Assembly (NCBI RefSeq): GCF_009914755.1
Contig: NC_060932.1
Length of the DNA stretch: 64,000 bases
From: the human T2T-CHM13v2.0 reference genome, Homo sapiens
Direction: 5' to 3' (one strand)
Position numbers and translations under genes: made by a program
Shown: positions 15,331-28,490 of the stretch, piece after piece
How positions within the stretch are numbered: position 1 is the first letter of the stretch
Layout of the letters: each line of letters opens with the position of its first letter
Notes under the pieces: model-generated
The model's input: the letters and a program-made list of their open reading frames with translations, nothing else
What the model was told of the DNA's origin: nothing
Database searches by the model: none

Positions 15331-16969
15331 TTAAAGCTGGCAGGATATGAAACTCAACAGGTTAACACACATCTATTAACCATCTGAGTGCAGAAAGGGT
15401 ACACTTTTTACATGCTGTGCAGAGTATTTTTTTACACAGCATGGACCCTTACTACATTTCATTTGCTTTAATTGACTTATAAAGATCTATGTATCTGTGA
15501 GCTGCTAAAAAACCTTTTAGCTTAAAAACAAGGTTTTTATGACAGGTTCTACGACAAAGAGCAATGGTTTAAAGTGAGGTGTGTGTGTCCCAGGTGGTAA
15601 TGTAAGTTGATCCACTAGAATGCAAAAAGAAAATATTAGAATGTTTTTCATCTCATCCTGTGACTGCTTTATAATTACAATGGAAGTATGTGCATATAAT
15701 TGATGGATATTTACATTGATAGTAAAGATTTTTTTTTTACTGACAGAACTTTATGATTTAAGTTGTAGAGTCCACTGATGAAGAATGATGCCGACCTAAC
15801 CTATAGTAATATTGCAGTACCACTTTCCAGGTGATTAAAAAGAAGTATTTCTAAACTAAGTTTGACATCTAGGAGCCTATTAAAACATCGAATATAAGCA
15901 TTCTCTATAGTCAGAAATGTATCTCAAATCCAAGTGTGATGAAGATATCCTGACACCTATTCTGACTCAATATTCTCTCCGTTTAAATTTATAAGCATCT
16001 GAGAAAGACAAAGACAAGTAGATCAAACAGTTTGTATGTTCAAATAAGTAAATATAACAGTAGGTTTTTTCCATTTGACAAAACATGCTCAAAGAACGTA
16101 ACTATCTTACGGGCTCCCAGCACTGCATTACTTAATGCAAGAGGATTGCTGAATGAGAAGGATCTCAGAGCCTATCTGATCTCCTGTCAAATGATAGAAA
16201 ACCCTGCTGCCCTTCCCAGACATAATCAGATACTCCCTTTACGATGAATTTTAGGGAAGGGGTGCTCATGCCATAAAGCAAGCCATTGTGATACTGGATA
16301 GATCTAGATGTTGTAATGAGGTTTCTTACAGTGAGATTAACTTCCATCCATGGCTTTCAGACGTGCTCTCAACAAGACATCACAGCAACTTTCCAAATGC
16401 CTCCTTAGTAAACGTGGTTTACAGTTTACAGTCGACTCACCGTCCCTGACCTCCTCCCTGCATTGTGTGGAATGTAGACAAGCAATGTTTCACTTATATA
16501 CAGCAAAGACAGAGACATGCGGAACAAAACATCAACTTCACAAGAAAACTGGCTCTCAATAAATAAAAATGTGTGATTAACATGTGTTCTCCTAAACTAA
16601 TAATTGCATTCCTATATTTTAAAGCAAAGAAGTCATGCTTGATTCATAATAAGACTTTAATAAACTAATACATTGGCTCTTAACCTGAAAAAATGCCAAG
16701 ACAGGCTGCTGCCCGTATTTTGTACTTGTAAAATGTAATTTTTATAAGTTCTAAATGGATTTAACATTTATTGCATTTAAACTGCTTCTTGGTTTTACTT
16801 TAGCCTTTCAGCCTGAAATCTTTCTGAATTGTAATTCTGCATTAGCTTTCCCTCCCTACTTTGTGTTATCTGTAAACTGGTAACACACATATTACGCACA
16901 CACTTAAAGTTGGCAGGATATGAAACTCAACAGGTTAACACACATCTATTAAACATCTGAGTGCAGAAA
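15331..16969 (+). repeat. 66-bp dispersed direct duplication (15331-15396 and 16904-16969)
   Basis: TTAAAG(C/T)TGGCAGGATATGAAACTCAACAGGTTAACACACATCTATTAA(C/A)CATCTGAGTGCAGAAA; 64/66 identical. Confidence 0.95.
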
Positions 16970-18724
16970 TTCAAAATAAGTTAAAGGTCCACCAAAATGT
17001 ACTACCGCCTGTAGACCATCCTGCTATCAAAATTACCATAAATTACTTTGCCTTGCTAAAATTGAGATGTATCATCAAGCTGTCTCTTGATTTCCTCAAG
17101 CATATTTTTATACGCAATTCAAAAAAGAAAAAATACTTTGTAAACTATAAAGGGTTCTACATATACAGCAATGCTTATACGAGCCCTCCTCTTACGGCTT
17201 CAGTAATCTAAAAAAGTAAATCCAAAAAACAGTTTATTAAAAAGTAATCTATAAAGCAATGAGAATAGTTTGTTGCAATTTGGGGAATGCTACATTTAAA
17301 GACAATAGTTTCATGCTGTCATAAACATTCAAGTAGACATAAAAATAAGACTACTCTTGTTCCCAAGGATAGTAGAACAGTAAAATGATAAAAAGATGAA
17401 AGGTCACGCCCAGTGACTTTGAGGGTTACAAGGAGTGATCCTATCAGATTGGCCAGCATTAGAGAGAGGGCACAAAAGAATAGAAGAAGAAAAAGAGGGC
17501 ACCTCAGTTAAGATGCAGAAAGATTGTGTGAAGGCAAGAAAGGCATAGTGAGGGTTACTCAAAGAACAGCAAGTAATTCACTCAGCAAGAGGATGGGAAC
17601 AAGTATGGCAGAAGGGGCTGGCTGGAAGCACATGCTGGGGTCAGACTGTGGAGGACCTGTCAATTACAACCCAGGAGTATGTGTTCATCTGGTGGGCCAG
17701 GGAGAGCACCTAAGTGCTTCAGAGGAGAGGGTTGTGACTTGAACTGTGTTTTAGAAGAATTTCTCTTGTCGCAAAGAAAACAAACGTGACAAGGGAAAAA
17801 GACTAGAAATAAAACTACACATGAAATTAGTCCAAGGCCTAATTGAGGAAAAAGGAGAGTCACAGTAAAAAGATAACGTACTTATTTACCTAGAGACCAA
17901 GGGTACACTTACAATTCTGCATTTTCAATATTGTCTTTTGTGCTTTTTAGAAAATCAAGACACAAATTACTTATCTCCAGTCTTCTGGATAGCTTCCTGT
18001 CCGTATCACTTTCCTAGACTGACACTGGTTCAGACTTAATGTCAAATTCTGCAAATTCCTATAGCCTTCTGAGTCATAATTCATCAAAGCCAAGTAAAAA
18101 TCCAGTGAAATCATATGTCCTTTTAGTATTTCATCATATTGGGTTCATTTTCACAATGAGAGTTTTACAAAATACACAGCAAATGAATAGGAGTTGCTCA
18201 GGGAGTGCTAACACTCATTCCTTGTTATTACTACTTAACTGAAAACAAGTAAATAAACTTCCTTTACTATTTTTCAGGAACTTTTTGCCCTTCTAAAATT
18301 TAGTCTCCTGACACTATTTTTTTATAGTTTGTAGTCTTCTTTCATATTTATTACTGTATATTCCTTTTCCCACATTAGTACATTTAAGTGCTGAGGTTCA
18401 TGGAAAAAAAAAAAAAAATCAGCATTCGAGTTGAGCCCTGAAGAGTAAGTAGCATTTCCACAGCAAGAGACCAGGGTTGAGTGGGGGAGAAGAGAGAGCA
18501 TTTTAGTCCTACGAAAAAGCACAAGCAGAAATGGGCAAATGTGAGAAGGGTATGTGTAAAGACACACTGTGTTAATTTCAGTAGAGGGAGGAGGGATAGG
18601 AAGACAGTGGGAAGAAAGCTAACAGCTATTGAGCATTTATGATTGCACAGGTGGTGTTTATACTCATTATTTCATTTGCTTGTTAACTTAAAACAATCAT
18701 TTGAGGGAGGTATTAGTTTCTGTA

Positions 18725-19022
18725 TTTTTTTTTTTTTTTTTTTGAGACAGAGTCTCACTCTGTTGCCCAGGCTGGAGCGTAGTGGCACGATCTCAGCTCA
18801 CTGCAACCTCTGCCTCCCAGGTTCAAGGAATTCTCTGCCTCAGCCTCCCAAGTAGCTGGGATTACAGGCGCCTGCCACCACACCTGGCTAATTTTTGTAT
18901 TTTTAGTAGAGACTGGGTTTCACCATCTTGGCCAGGCTGGTCTTGAACTCCTGACCTCGTGATCCACCCGCCTCGGCCTCCCAAAGTGCTGGGATTACAG
19001 GTATGTGCCACCACACCTGGCC
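18725..19022 (-). mobile_element. Alu SINE inserted in a MIR (MIR about 18620-19130)
   Basis: Antisense dimer, TSD AGTT(T/C)CTG(T/C)ATTTT; MIR motifs on both flanks. Confidence 0.9.
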
Positions 19023-21944
19023 AGTTCCTGCATTTTATAAGGTGACTAAAGATAATGCAACTCAGAAAGGTGAAGTAACCTGTCCAAAATGAGAAAGGAA
19101 AAAGCAGAGCCAGATTTGAACTTAGGTGTTTTCCATTTTTCTCACTGGGTCATTCGACTACAGCTTTAAATTCTTATGTTTGGCCATTTTCTATCCTATT
19201 TAAGTAAGAAACTCTGTTGCTATCAGAAATGTTCCTGGCTATTCAAAGCAAGGCTTAAATACAGTCTATTTTGTTACTATGAAAATCCGCATACATAAAT
19301 ATTAAATAATAGAACCTAATAAAAGACAGATCCCAAACATGAAAGGTTATTTTGTTACTGTAACTTACTAAACTGACTTAATCTAATAAAAATACTATTT
19401 CTTCATAGTAGTCAGGTAACAATAAAAAACATATTTCAATAGTCTTGAATAAAAAATATGCCTTAAATGCAAACTGTGGATTTATACTTTATCTGATAGT
19501 TAAGGCTTCCAGCAAGTGGTTCAGACAGAGCCTACAATTTTGTTCTCTGTGTAAAATAAGTTACAGGTTTCATAACTCTAGTTATCTGGTGTTTCCTGGC
19601 AACTCTCAGTTGTTCCAAGTTTACTGTGGATAGCAGATTGAATATAGTCAGAAGGCCCCAACAAATAAATGGGCAATGGACAATTCACAAAATAGTAACT
19701 GTATCTGGCTAACAAATGCAGTTAAAATATTCCTGCTCCACTAGAAATCAAGGAAATATACAAGGGTTAACCTACCAAATTCAGGAAAAAGTGCTAGTAT
19801 TCAAACAAAGGTAATGCAGTAACATGCAAAACATCATTGGTCAAGTATTGCCTGGTCCTATATACTATACGGTCTGCAACTCTGGTTCTCTCTCATTTGC
19901 TATTTTAATAAAGTATTGTACACTTTTCAGAAGAGCTTTAAAGTTTTATGATGTGTAATTCTAAATGTAGAAATGAAGCCTTCTGCACAAATAAGAGAAA
20001 ACCTAAATGTCCTACAACAGGAAAATGGTTAAAAAAAACTACAGGTAATCTACCCAATGGATCATTATGCAGCCACAAAAATTCCACTTAGCACAGTTTA
20101 TAACACGAAAAACCCACCTGTTATGTTGTTAAATGAAATGGCAGAGTACAAAGACATAATATGAAAAAAGTGACTACAAAATTCAAAAACATGCATTAAT
20201 TTAAAAAAATCTATGTGGTAAGAATGAGAGAGAGAGAGAGAGACAGACATGGATACTATTCCTCAAAATGTTTTGTACTGGTCAATTTGTAAAATCCAAC
20301 CTTACCACAGTCTTCACATTTTTATATATGAGATATATTTCAAAATGTGTTACTTTTATAGTGAAGTAGAAGACAAGAAATGTCGTGTATAGCCACACTA
20401 TAGTCTGGGGTTATTTAGTGCAGGGACAAACATCCCTAAATACAGCTTTTTGGGCATTAGTAGTATCACTGCATTAGAGCACAGCAAAATTCTTGCCCAT
20501 TAATCTATATTCATAATAACCTAGAATAACCAAAAGTTGTATTATGATAGTAAACTGTTAAATAGAGAAACATACAAGAGGTTGTAAGAAGATCTCCATC
20601 AAACCAGTATCGACACAGTATTTCATTAATATAAATCTTCCTGACATACTTTCATCATGTCACTCCCGTTCCCAAACCCTGAAAGAGTCCCCAGTGTCAG
20701 GAGTAATTTGAACAATTTTCTGCAGTGTGCACGCATTGCACAATCTGGTCCCATTCTAACGATTCTCCCCACTCTCATCCACGGGATCAAAGGCTCTCAT
20801 TCACAAGCCTTGTGCTCGGGCTTGCCTACTCACTTTCTCTCAAAGAAACTTTATGTACTTTTGCTCAATCAGCCACCCACACCTTGATTTCCCTATTCCT
20901 TCCTACTCCTCCCTCAGCTGACTCCCCATACTTCCAGGCACAGACTGCCCTCTTCAACCCAAAGCCATCCTATATACACATAAACGCACACATGTACATA
21001 TACCTCATTAAGTTATTGTCTATAAAACACACCAAGCACTTGGCCATATAGCCTAAAATTATGTAAATAAATATATGTATTATCTCCAGAATGCATCTGA
21101 ATTTCCAAAGATTAGGGAACTTTGCTATATTTCTTTGTATAATACATTGCTTTTATATAATACTTTACAGCTCACAATGCAACTTCACATATATGATTTT
21201 CAATAAATACCTTAGTGACTTAAACTTCTCAAAGAGTTCATCCTAGAAAGATCTGGGATAAAGATATTCTTCCTCCCTACAACCCTCAAATAATATTAGT
21301 TAATGACAGAATTAACAATTACTTCATACTGAAGATATTCCCATGTGAATATAAAGAAATGACCAAAGTCTGTCTCCGAATGTGCAGATTTTAAATTTGG
21401 AGCCATACGGTATTCAAAGAATAGAAGCTAAAAAATGGCTATTCAAAAAAAAAAAAAAGAAGGATACCTCAGTAAAAAAAACTTATCAAAACAACATTTA
21501 AAATAAAAAATATTTTCAATTTAACATGGCAATCTACAATTAAAAATGACAGGTTGAACTTTTATTTAAAAAAGTCTATTTTCTTTGTTAAGTAGACAGA
21601 TGTTTTCATTAAACCTACAAACTGAAGGCTCTTAAGATTTTTCTGAAACTTTTACAATAAATAAAATTAAGGTAGCCTAAACTATTTCAGAATGTGAAGT
21701 CACAGTAAACACAACTCCCTGGTGTTGATCTTCATTGCCATATACTGTTAAAAAGTACATGACCAAAAAAGTACTCTGACCAAAACTAAACCAAACACTT
21801 TCCAAAAAACCAGAAATCTAGTACAAATGAATTAATTCAGACTGGGTGGTTTAAATATAGTATTTCAGTTATAGTTTGGACTGTGTTTGATCACTGTGTT
21901 ATAGAAAAAGGCCTTTATCCACATTTAAAAATAGGTACAGTATA

Positions 21945-21959
21945 TTATATATATATATA

Positions 21960-21999
<40 letters not shown>

Positions 22000-22273
22000 G
22001 TCTCGCTCTGTTGCCCAGGCTGAAGTGCAATGGTAAGATCTTGGCTCACTGTAACCTCCGCCTCCCGGGTTCAAGCCATTCTCCTGCCTGAGCTTCCTGA
22101 GTAGCTGGGATTATAAGCATGTGCTACTAGGCCCCGCTAATTTTTGTATTTTTAGTAGAGATGGGGTCTTGCCATGTTGGCCAGGCTGGTCTCGAACTCC
22201 TGACCTCAAGTGATCCATCCACCTCAGCCTCCCAAAGTGCTGCGATTACAGGCGTGAGCCACTGCACCTGGCC
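21945..22273 (-). mobile_element. Alu SINE with (TA)n(GA)n microsatellite tail
   Basis: Antisense Alu 21998-22273 preceded by dinucleotide runs. Confidence 0.9.
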
Positions 22274-22774
22274 ACATTACATATATTAATGAAAATTAAA
22301 AACATGGGTTTTCCTAGGTAAAATAGTAATGTTGATAAATTCTATCTTATGCTGCATCTCAGGTTTGAATTATGATGTCATTAATTACCTATATAGTATC
22401 TTTAATATAAAACTAAAACTTCAAATCTTACAATATCATCAAGGACTTACCCATCCAATTCAATTAACTGACCTAAGTATTTTTCATAATTGTATTTTTA
22501 TGTTAATAGCCAATCACTTCCCCCTTTCCAACAATTCACACTTATTCTATACAGTAAGGTTTCAAAATGACAAGTTTTTTTCCACCCAAGTATTCTACAG
22601 ACCTCAAAAAGGGAAAGACTGCAGGGAAAACGAGAAATGAAAGAAATCTCTTGCTACCCTCAAATCTACCAACCTATACTTAAGAGCCAATTCTAAGCTC
22701 AGAAAGGAGAAAAAAAAAAGTGGGAATATAAAAACCTCTTAAAATGTAGAAGAAATTAGACTAGTTTAGTTTTC

Positions 22775-22792
22775 TTTAATATCTTCTTTAAT
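22775..22792 (-). terminator. Distal polyadenylation signals (two ATTAAA) of ZNF706
   Basis: TTTAAT twice on + strand, with U-rich sequence downstream on the minus strand. Confidence 0.6.
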
Positions 22793-24674
22793 AAGACATT
22801 ACAGCACACAACTGAGCCCCCAGTGTGTCAGTTAAACATGGGGATGTATATCCATGTGAAGAGAATGGAAACAAGTTTAATCTTAACCCCATTCCTTTTG
22901 GCAAGTAATAGAAATACAGCATACAAATGGACCAATTCTCTCTCAGTGTTATTTTATCAAGTCTTTGAAGACACCATAACAGTTTTATAATGAACTTTGC
23001 TGCAATCTGTTAAAGAATCTTCAAATTAAATTACAGGGATGTTTGGTTTTTAACTCAAACACAGTAAAATGGGGATTGTACTAATAATCCCCTCATGAAG
23101 TATAAGGATGATTATGCTCATGTAAGATCAATGCAGCTATTTCCCTATCACTGAGATATAGTGTTAAATATGGTGTCTTCAGCTGCTTATAAAAAAGGGT
23201 TAAATACAAGAACAAAAAAACTTTCATCCTGAATTAGTCACTAAAACAAACGAAAAAAAAAAAACCAAAACTTGTGAATGGTTTTATATGATTTGTCACT
23301 AAACATATACATATGCTCAAAGCACTTTTAAAAACTTTTAAGTTGTGATTTAACCAGAACTTCTGCAATATCCACAAGAAATTAGGTAAAATTCTAACGT
23401 TCTGGTAATCGACATGTTAGGAAACAACAGATATTACATCTGAAACTTAGGAAATAAAATACACAAAATAAAAGGACTATTTTAAAGTAAGGGCATAAGA
23501 ATAGGAATTGCTAAGAAACTATCAGCCCTGAAGCTTTTCCTTGGAAACGTCTTAAACTTACAGGGAAGACAAGGTGGGCAAAATATGCAGAGCTACAAAA
23601 CAAAGCAATGATAAGCTACAGCAGAAGAGGGAATGCATTCTGTAATCCACAGGATCAGATAAATGGCTCTAAGCAGTTACCAGTAAGTATTTTAGTGTTC
23701 TTTCTATTATATTAATTTAAAAATTTAAACCGAGTTAACAGCAGTTTTACAAGTTAAGAGTTGACACAAGCAAATTAGAAGAACTCTAAAATTAGCCTTC
23801 CTTAATTGGGTAAGATTTACCATATCCATCTGAACAAACCCATTTTCCCATCCTGAGATCTAAAAGAATGTGAATATTGACCCATTTTAATACTTTTCAA
23901 GTTCAGATGGAAGTCATACTGTACACCAGTCTCTGATTTTAGGTAACAGCACAAAGCAAACTCCTAAAATCAACAACTCACTTAGAAAAGAAAGGAGGGA
24001 GAGGGTTCTGGGAATTAATCCAGCCACAAGTCATTCCAATCTTCCTGTTAATGCAAAATCCATTTGTAAAAATGGCCAAATAGTAACTTCCAAAAACCTC
24101 AAAAATTAATGTTTCAATTTCAAATTAAAGAACTTCAAGAATTTTCAAAGAATATAGTATCAAGATCGACCTTTACCAGTTCACATTTGTTCCATATTTT
24201 GCATTAAACAATAGGCTTAATGATTATTTCATTACGGCATATACATTAGAACCTAACCTTTCACAAGGGCTCACTGACAATCCAACCGCTTTTAGGAAGC
24301 TATCAGTTATCTACAGGGTACACCTGACTGGCAGTTAGAGCCAGGTCATACTGCAATTTTAAATATTCCAACTCAAACACAGGAAATGATCAGAGGGGTA
24401 CAATGACACATAACCGCAATATACTAAGGCAGCAGATAAGTCATTTTTCACCTAGATCATCAGCTGCCCATAAAATCGTATGCACAATTTTAATGAATCA
24501 GTCTGCTCTAGTTTAACTGAGGAACCTGCCACTGAGCAGAGAAAGGGATATAAGAATTGCACTTGCAATTCTAGCTGATGAATTCATTAGATTTTTATAA
24601 GGCAAATAATGTGGAAAGTTAGAACAGAATTTCTAAAACCATTTATCCTGTGATGTCGTAAATCAAAGTACTAT

Positions 24675-24680
24675 TTTATT
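24675..24680 (-). terminator. Proximal polyadenylation signal AATAAA of ZNF706
   Basis: TTTATT on + strand about 280 nt into the last exon. Confidence 0.65.
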
Positions 24681-25719
24681 AAATGAGTTATTTTACACAA
24701 TATGAACATCAATATAATTACAATTGTAAAAAAATTTTTTATAACAAGGATGGACTGATTTTCATATTTCCAAATCAGAGTCAACTGTACATTTACACAG
24801 AATTGTCTTTGCATGAAGCCCAAGAGGGAACAGCATAAAAATGAGTGTTTCTGTAGCCCCTTTATTTTTGCTGATCAACAGTTTGTTAGAAAAGCAGCTG
24901 CAGGTATGTTACCTAAGGTCTGAGACAGTAGAAGAGTCAAAGGTGTCATGAATTCACCTATAAAACATAAGCAAAATTTTCAATGAATGTTACCATTGCA
25001 CAAATGCAACTTACATGCATTTCAAATAACTAAGAAGAAACACTATGAAGATAATATCTGGTAAACTTGTCAACTCGACTTTATATACAGAACTCTGAAG
25101 AATTTATTTTAAAAAGAAAGAATTCTGAAACACACAACACACCCACCACCAACTCCACTATTTAGGGGGAAAAAATCCAACCAAATGTAATGTGTAAAGT
25201 GATAACTTTCAACCAACAAATTTATAAACAAATTTATATAGCACATATCTACATCTACATTTTGCCCTATATTTTAATACTCAGAAGCTTTGCTAAGGGG
25301 ATAGGTTGGGGGAGAAAAAAAAGAACCTCTGCTAAGTACTATAAGTAAACTAATTGTAAAGAGGTGCTCAGGAACATTGGTGTACATTGTTTTTAGAGGG
25401 AAACTCTCAAATAACTTTGTAATCACTATTTTCTTTAAACTGATAAGTTCCTTCCATTCTTTGATCAGAGATGGCTAGCATGTACTCATCTCCCCATTTT
25501 TGGCTACAGTAGTAAAAATTTGGATGTTTCAAAGGCATTGAAAGGAAATAGTCTGAGAAAAAGGGACTTTTCAGTTACACATTAACTTAAAAAGGGGAAG
25601 CAATAAAATCTCAGAAGGCAGAAATTAATTTCACAATAAGTGAAGACAGTTTTGGTCTTGTATACAACCCTGTTATTAACAAACCAATAGAAAAAGAGGT
25701 GAGTTACCTGTAAACAACC

Positions 25720-25815
25720 TTATGCCTGAACATCAGCTAATTCTGGAGGAAGTGGAGTCTTAGGATGCTTGCTCTCAAAGTGCTGCTTGAAGGTCTTAGG
25801 GTCTGGCATTTGTGT
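25720..25815 (-). CDS. ZNF706: ZNF706 second coding exon, TQMPDPKTFKQHFESKHPKTPLPPELADVQA*
   Basis: Acceptor TTGTTAG|ACA at 25816/25815, phase 0; TAA at 25720-25722; exon continues 12 nt to donor CAG|GTAACT at 25708/25707. Completes the C-x2-C-x12-H-x4-H finger. Confidence 0.97.
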   Translation of the reverse strand, partial: TQMPDPKTFKQHFESKHPKTPLPPELADVQA

Positions 25816-26594
25816 CTAACAAAAAATTGTGCAAAAGAGAGCTAGACTTTATTTATAAAATAAAAATGTGTTACTTTTTAGAATCCTGAACCTTCTCAGT
25901 ATAGACAATTATCCCAAAAACACCTTTAAATTCCTACAACTTAGTGACTGGCATATGAAGAGGGACTTTGTGGTAAAGAAATTCCTAACGTTCCCACATT
26001 TCACCTATAAAGAAAGGTAGGTCACATAGAATGTATTCTGCTTATCTGATTAACAGCAAACAATAGGTAACATTTACTGAACCCTTATTATATTAAGCAT
26101 GTTACCTTAATTCCCACAGAACCTTCAAAGTAATCTTTAGCTCCTACTAGCATCATTTTACCTGATAAGGAAACTAAAACCCAGAGTTTAATTTGCCCAA
26201 GACCTTATTTTAACTTAGTACTAGATATGTGACCTCTCAAATACTATACTATACTGACTTCCCTTGGCAAGAACCTTCAATTATTTATTCTTAACCCATT
26301 AAATTACACAAAATATGAAATAAAAGTCTGTGGTTTTGAGTTTTTAAATATATGTAACTACTCTACCACATTTAGATTAAGGTATTTCTTCATTACTAGT
26401 TGATTAAAATTTGCACCCTGCCTCTTTCCAAACAATCACAAGCTGCTCAATTTCATTATTTTGAGTGTATATGTAGTGTACTAACTCCACTATGGTTTCC
26501 TTTGGTACTGCCACTCACTAACTTCAAGGGTAATGAGCTTAAACAAACAGGCAAGAGGCTCTGATTTGGAATTTCAGAAGTACTTCTTTGAGAG

Positions 26595-26850
26595 GCAGTA
26601 CAGTAGTGGTCCAGAGGGTGGACTCTGGAGCTGAACTGCCTGAGTTCAGATTCCAGCTCTTCTACTAACCAGCTGGGAGACCCCACACAAATTGTTTAAT
26701 TTCCATTAGTCAGTTTACTCTTCTGTAAAATGAGAACAATAAAAGTACTTTATCTTATAGGGTTGTTATGTGGATTAAATAGGTGAATACATGTAAAACA
26801 CCTGGCTCTATGTGTGGCATATGGTAAGCACTCAAAAGTAGCTGTTATTA
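26595..26850 (+). mobile_element. MIR SINE in ZNF706 intron
   Basis: GACTCTGGAG...CCTGAGTTCAGATTCCAGCTCT...CTGTAAAATGAG core. Confidence 0.8.
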
Positions 26851-27324
26851 TTACAGTTCTTCAAATCTAATACAACACATTAATTCTAGGAAAAGCTCTC
26901 AACGTGATTATACTCTATATGGTTTTACAGACATCCTAATTATAAATTTAGTGAAGAAAAAACCAATTATATAACTAGAGGTATACTTACTAGCATATTA
27001 TATAGCTCTAAGAGTGTAGAGTTATATGATGTGCTAGTGAAGTGTATTATATGCCCTTATGAAGACATCTTTATTTTATATGAGGAAAGCAATTTTGTTT
27101 TGTTCACTCTGTTTTCCCAGCACCTAGAGATTTTTGCCTGGCCACAGGAGCCATTCAAAAAATATTTGTTTAAAGGGTGAATGAAAATAGATACCTAAAA
27201 TAATCAGCTCTCAAACCTACTATTTCATGTAAAGCATCTATTTTGCCATGGTTTCAAAATTTTAATCTATTCAAGCCAAAACTGCCCACGGGAGAGCTGT
27301 ATCTTTCAATTCAATTCCCCTTAC

Positions 27325-27459
27325 CCTACAGACAGTGCAGGTATATATTAAGGCAGCTTTGGCAGCAGCCTTTTGGTCATGTCCTTGTTTCTTCTTTTGT
27401 CCAGCTTGCTTTTTGGCATTTTTCTGCTGAGACTGAATTTTCTGCTGTCCACGAGCCAT
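27325..27459 (-). CDS. ZNF706: ZNF706 first coding exon, MARGQQKIQSQQKNAKKQAGQKKKQGHDQKAAAKAALIYTCTVCR (SERF/4F5-like basic N-terminus)
   Basis: Acceptor TTTTTAG|AT-ATG (exon starts 27461, ATG at 27459); donor AGG|GTAAGG at 27325/27324; 45 codons matching ZNF706. Confidence 0.97.
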
Positions 27460-27629
27460 ATCTAAAAACAGAAGGTGAAGCATTAGAGTGGCTTATTTAC
27501 TCTAATACAGAGTAATCAAAGCATAAGAACGTTCTTAGAATTGAAGCCTTAAGTTTTATAGAAATATCTGGCAAATAAAAATTTATAGGTATTAAAATTC
27601 CCACATATAAATGCTACAAAAGTATCAAT

Positions 27630-28490
27630 TGACACAACCCTGTGGAAAACTAGTTGGTAGCTGTTTATTCTATGAGCCAGCAATTCCACTCTTGGTATAT
27701 ACCCAATAGAAATGCAAATGTTATGTACACCAAGACATGTACAAAATGTTCTGAGTGCCCATTCCAAAACTGGAAAAAATCTGAATGCCCATCAATAGTA
27801 ACACGGATGCACAACTTGTATACATATTTTTATAGTATTTATACAACGGAATACTACCCAGCATTTAAAAAATTGTGGCCAGGCGCGGTGGCTCACGCCT
27901 GTAATCCCAGCACTTTGGAAAGCCAAGGCGGGTGGATCATGAGGTCAGGAGTTCAAGACCAGCCTGGCCAAGATGGTGAAACCCTGTCTCTACTAAAAAT
28001 ACAAAAAAAAAAAAAAAAAAAAAAAAATTAGGCAGGCATGGTGGTAGGCACCTGTAATTCCAGCTACTTGGGAGGCTGAGGTGGAGAATTGCTTGAATCC
28101 GGGAGGCAGAGGTTGCAGTGACGCGTGATGGCACCACTGCACTGCAGCCTGGGCGACAGTGAGACTCTGGTCTCAAAAATAAATAAACAAACACACAAAC
28201 AAAAAATTGTTACAAGTAACAACTTGGTTGTATCTCAATGTTAAAGGAAAGAAGCCAGTTGTGGGGAATATACATTATTTAAAGTTCAAAACAGGCAAAG
28301 CTAATCTATAGTGAAAGGGGTCACCTTGGGGGTTATGGGTAATGACTGGGAAGACAGGACATGAAGGGGACTTATGGGGTCCTGAAAATGTTCTTGAATC
28401 AAGTGTGTTTACTTATAAAAATTCATTGAATTGTACACTCAAGATTTATGCACTTTACTGTATGTAATCTTCACAAGTTTACTAAAAAAG
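27630..28490 (+). mobile_element. Old L1M 3' fragment interrupted by an Alu (27877-28202)
   Basis: L1 3' motifs (CAGCAATTCCACTCTTGGTATATACCCAA; AATTCATTGAATTGTACAC); Alu TSD AAAAAATTGT. Confidence 0.8.

Larger units (their letters stand above)
22760..24957 (-). other. ZNF706: ZNF706 terminal exon (3'UTR only)
   Basis: Acceptor TTTTATAG|GTGAATTC at 24958/24957; minus-strand polyA hexamers AATAAA 24861-24866 and 24675-24680, ATTAAA 22787-22792 and 22775-22780. Distal end inferred. Confidence 0.8.

Noticed and set aside
27271-27483. 70-aa ORF-track call as the complete ZNF706 protein
   Set aside because: Its first 8 and last 17 residues are intronic or UTR; splice sites define the real CDS as 27459-27325 plus 25815-25720.
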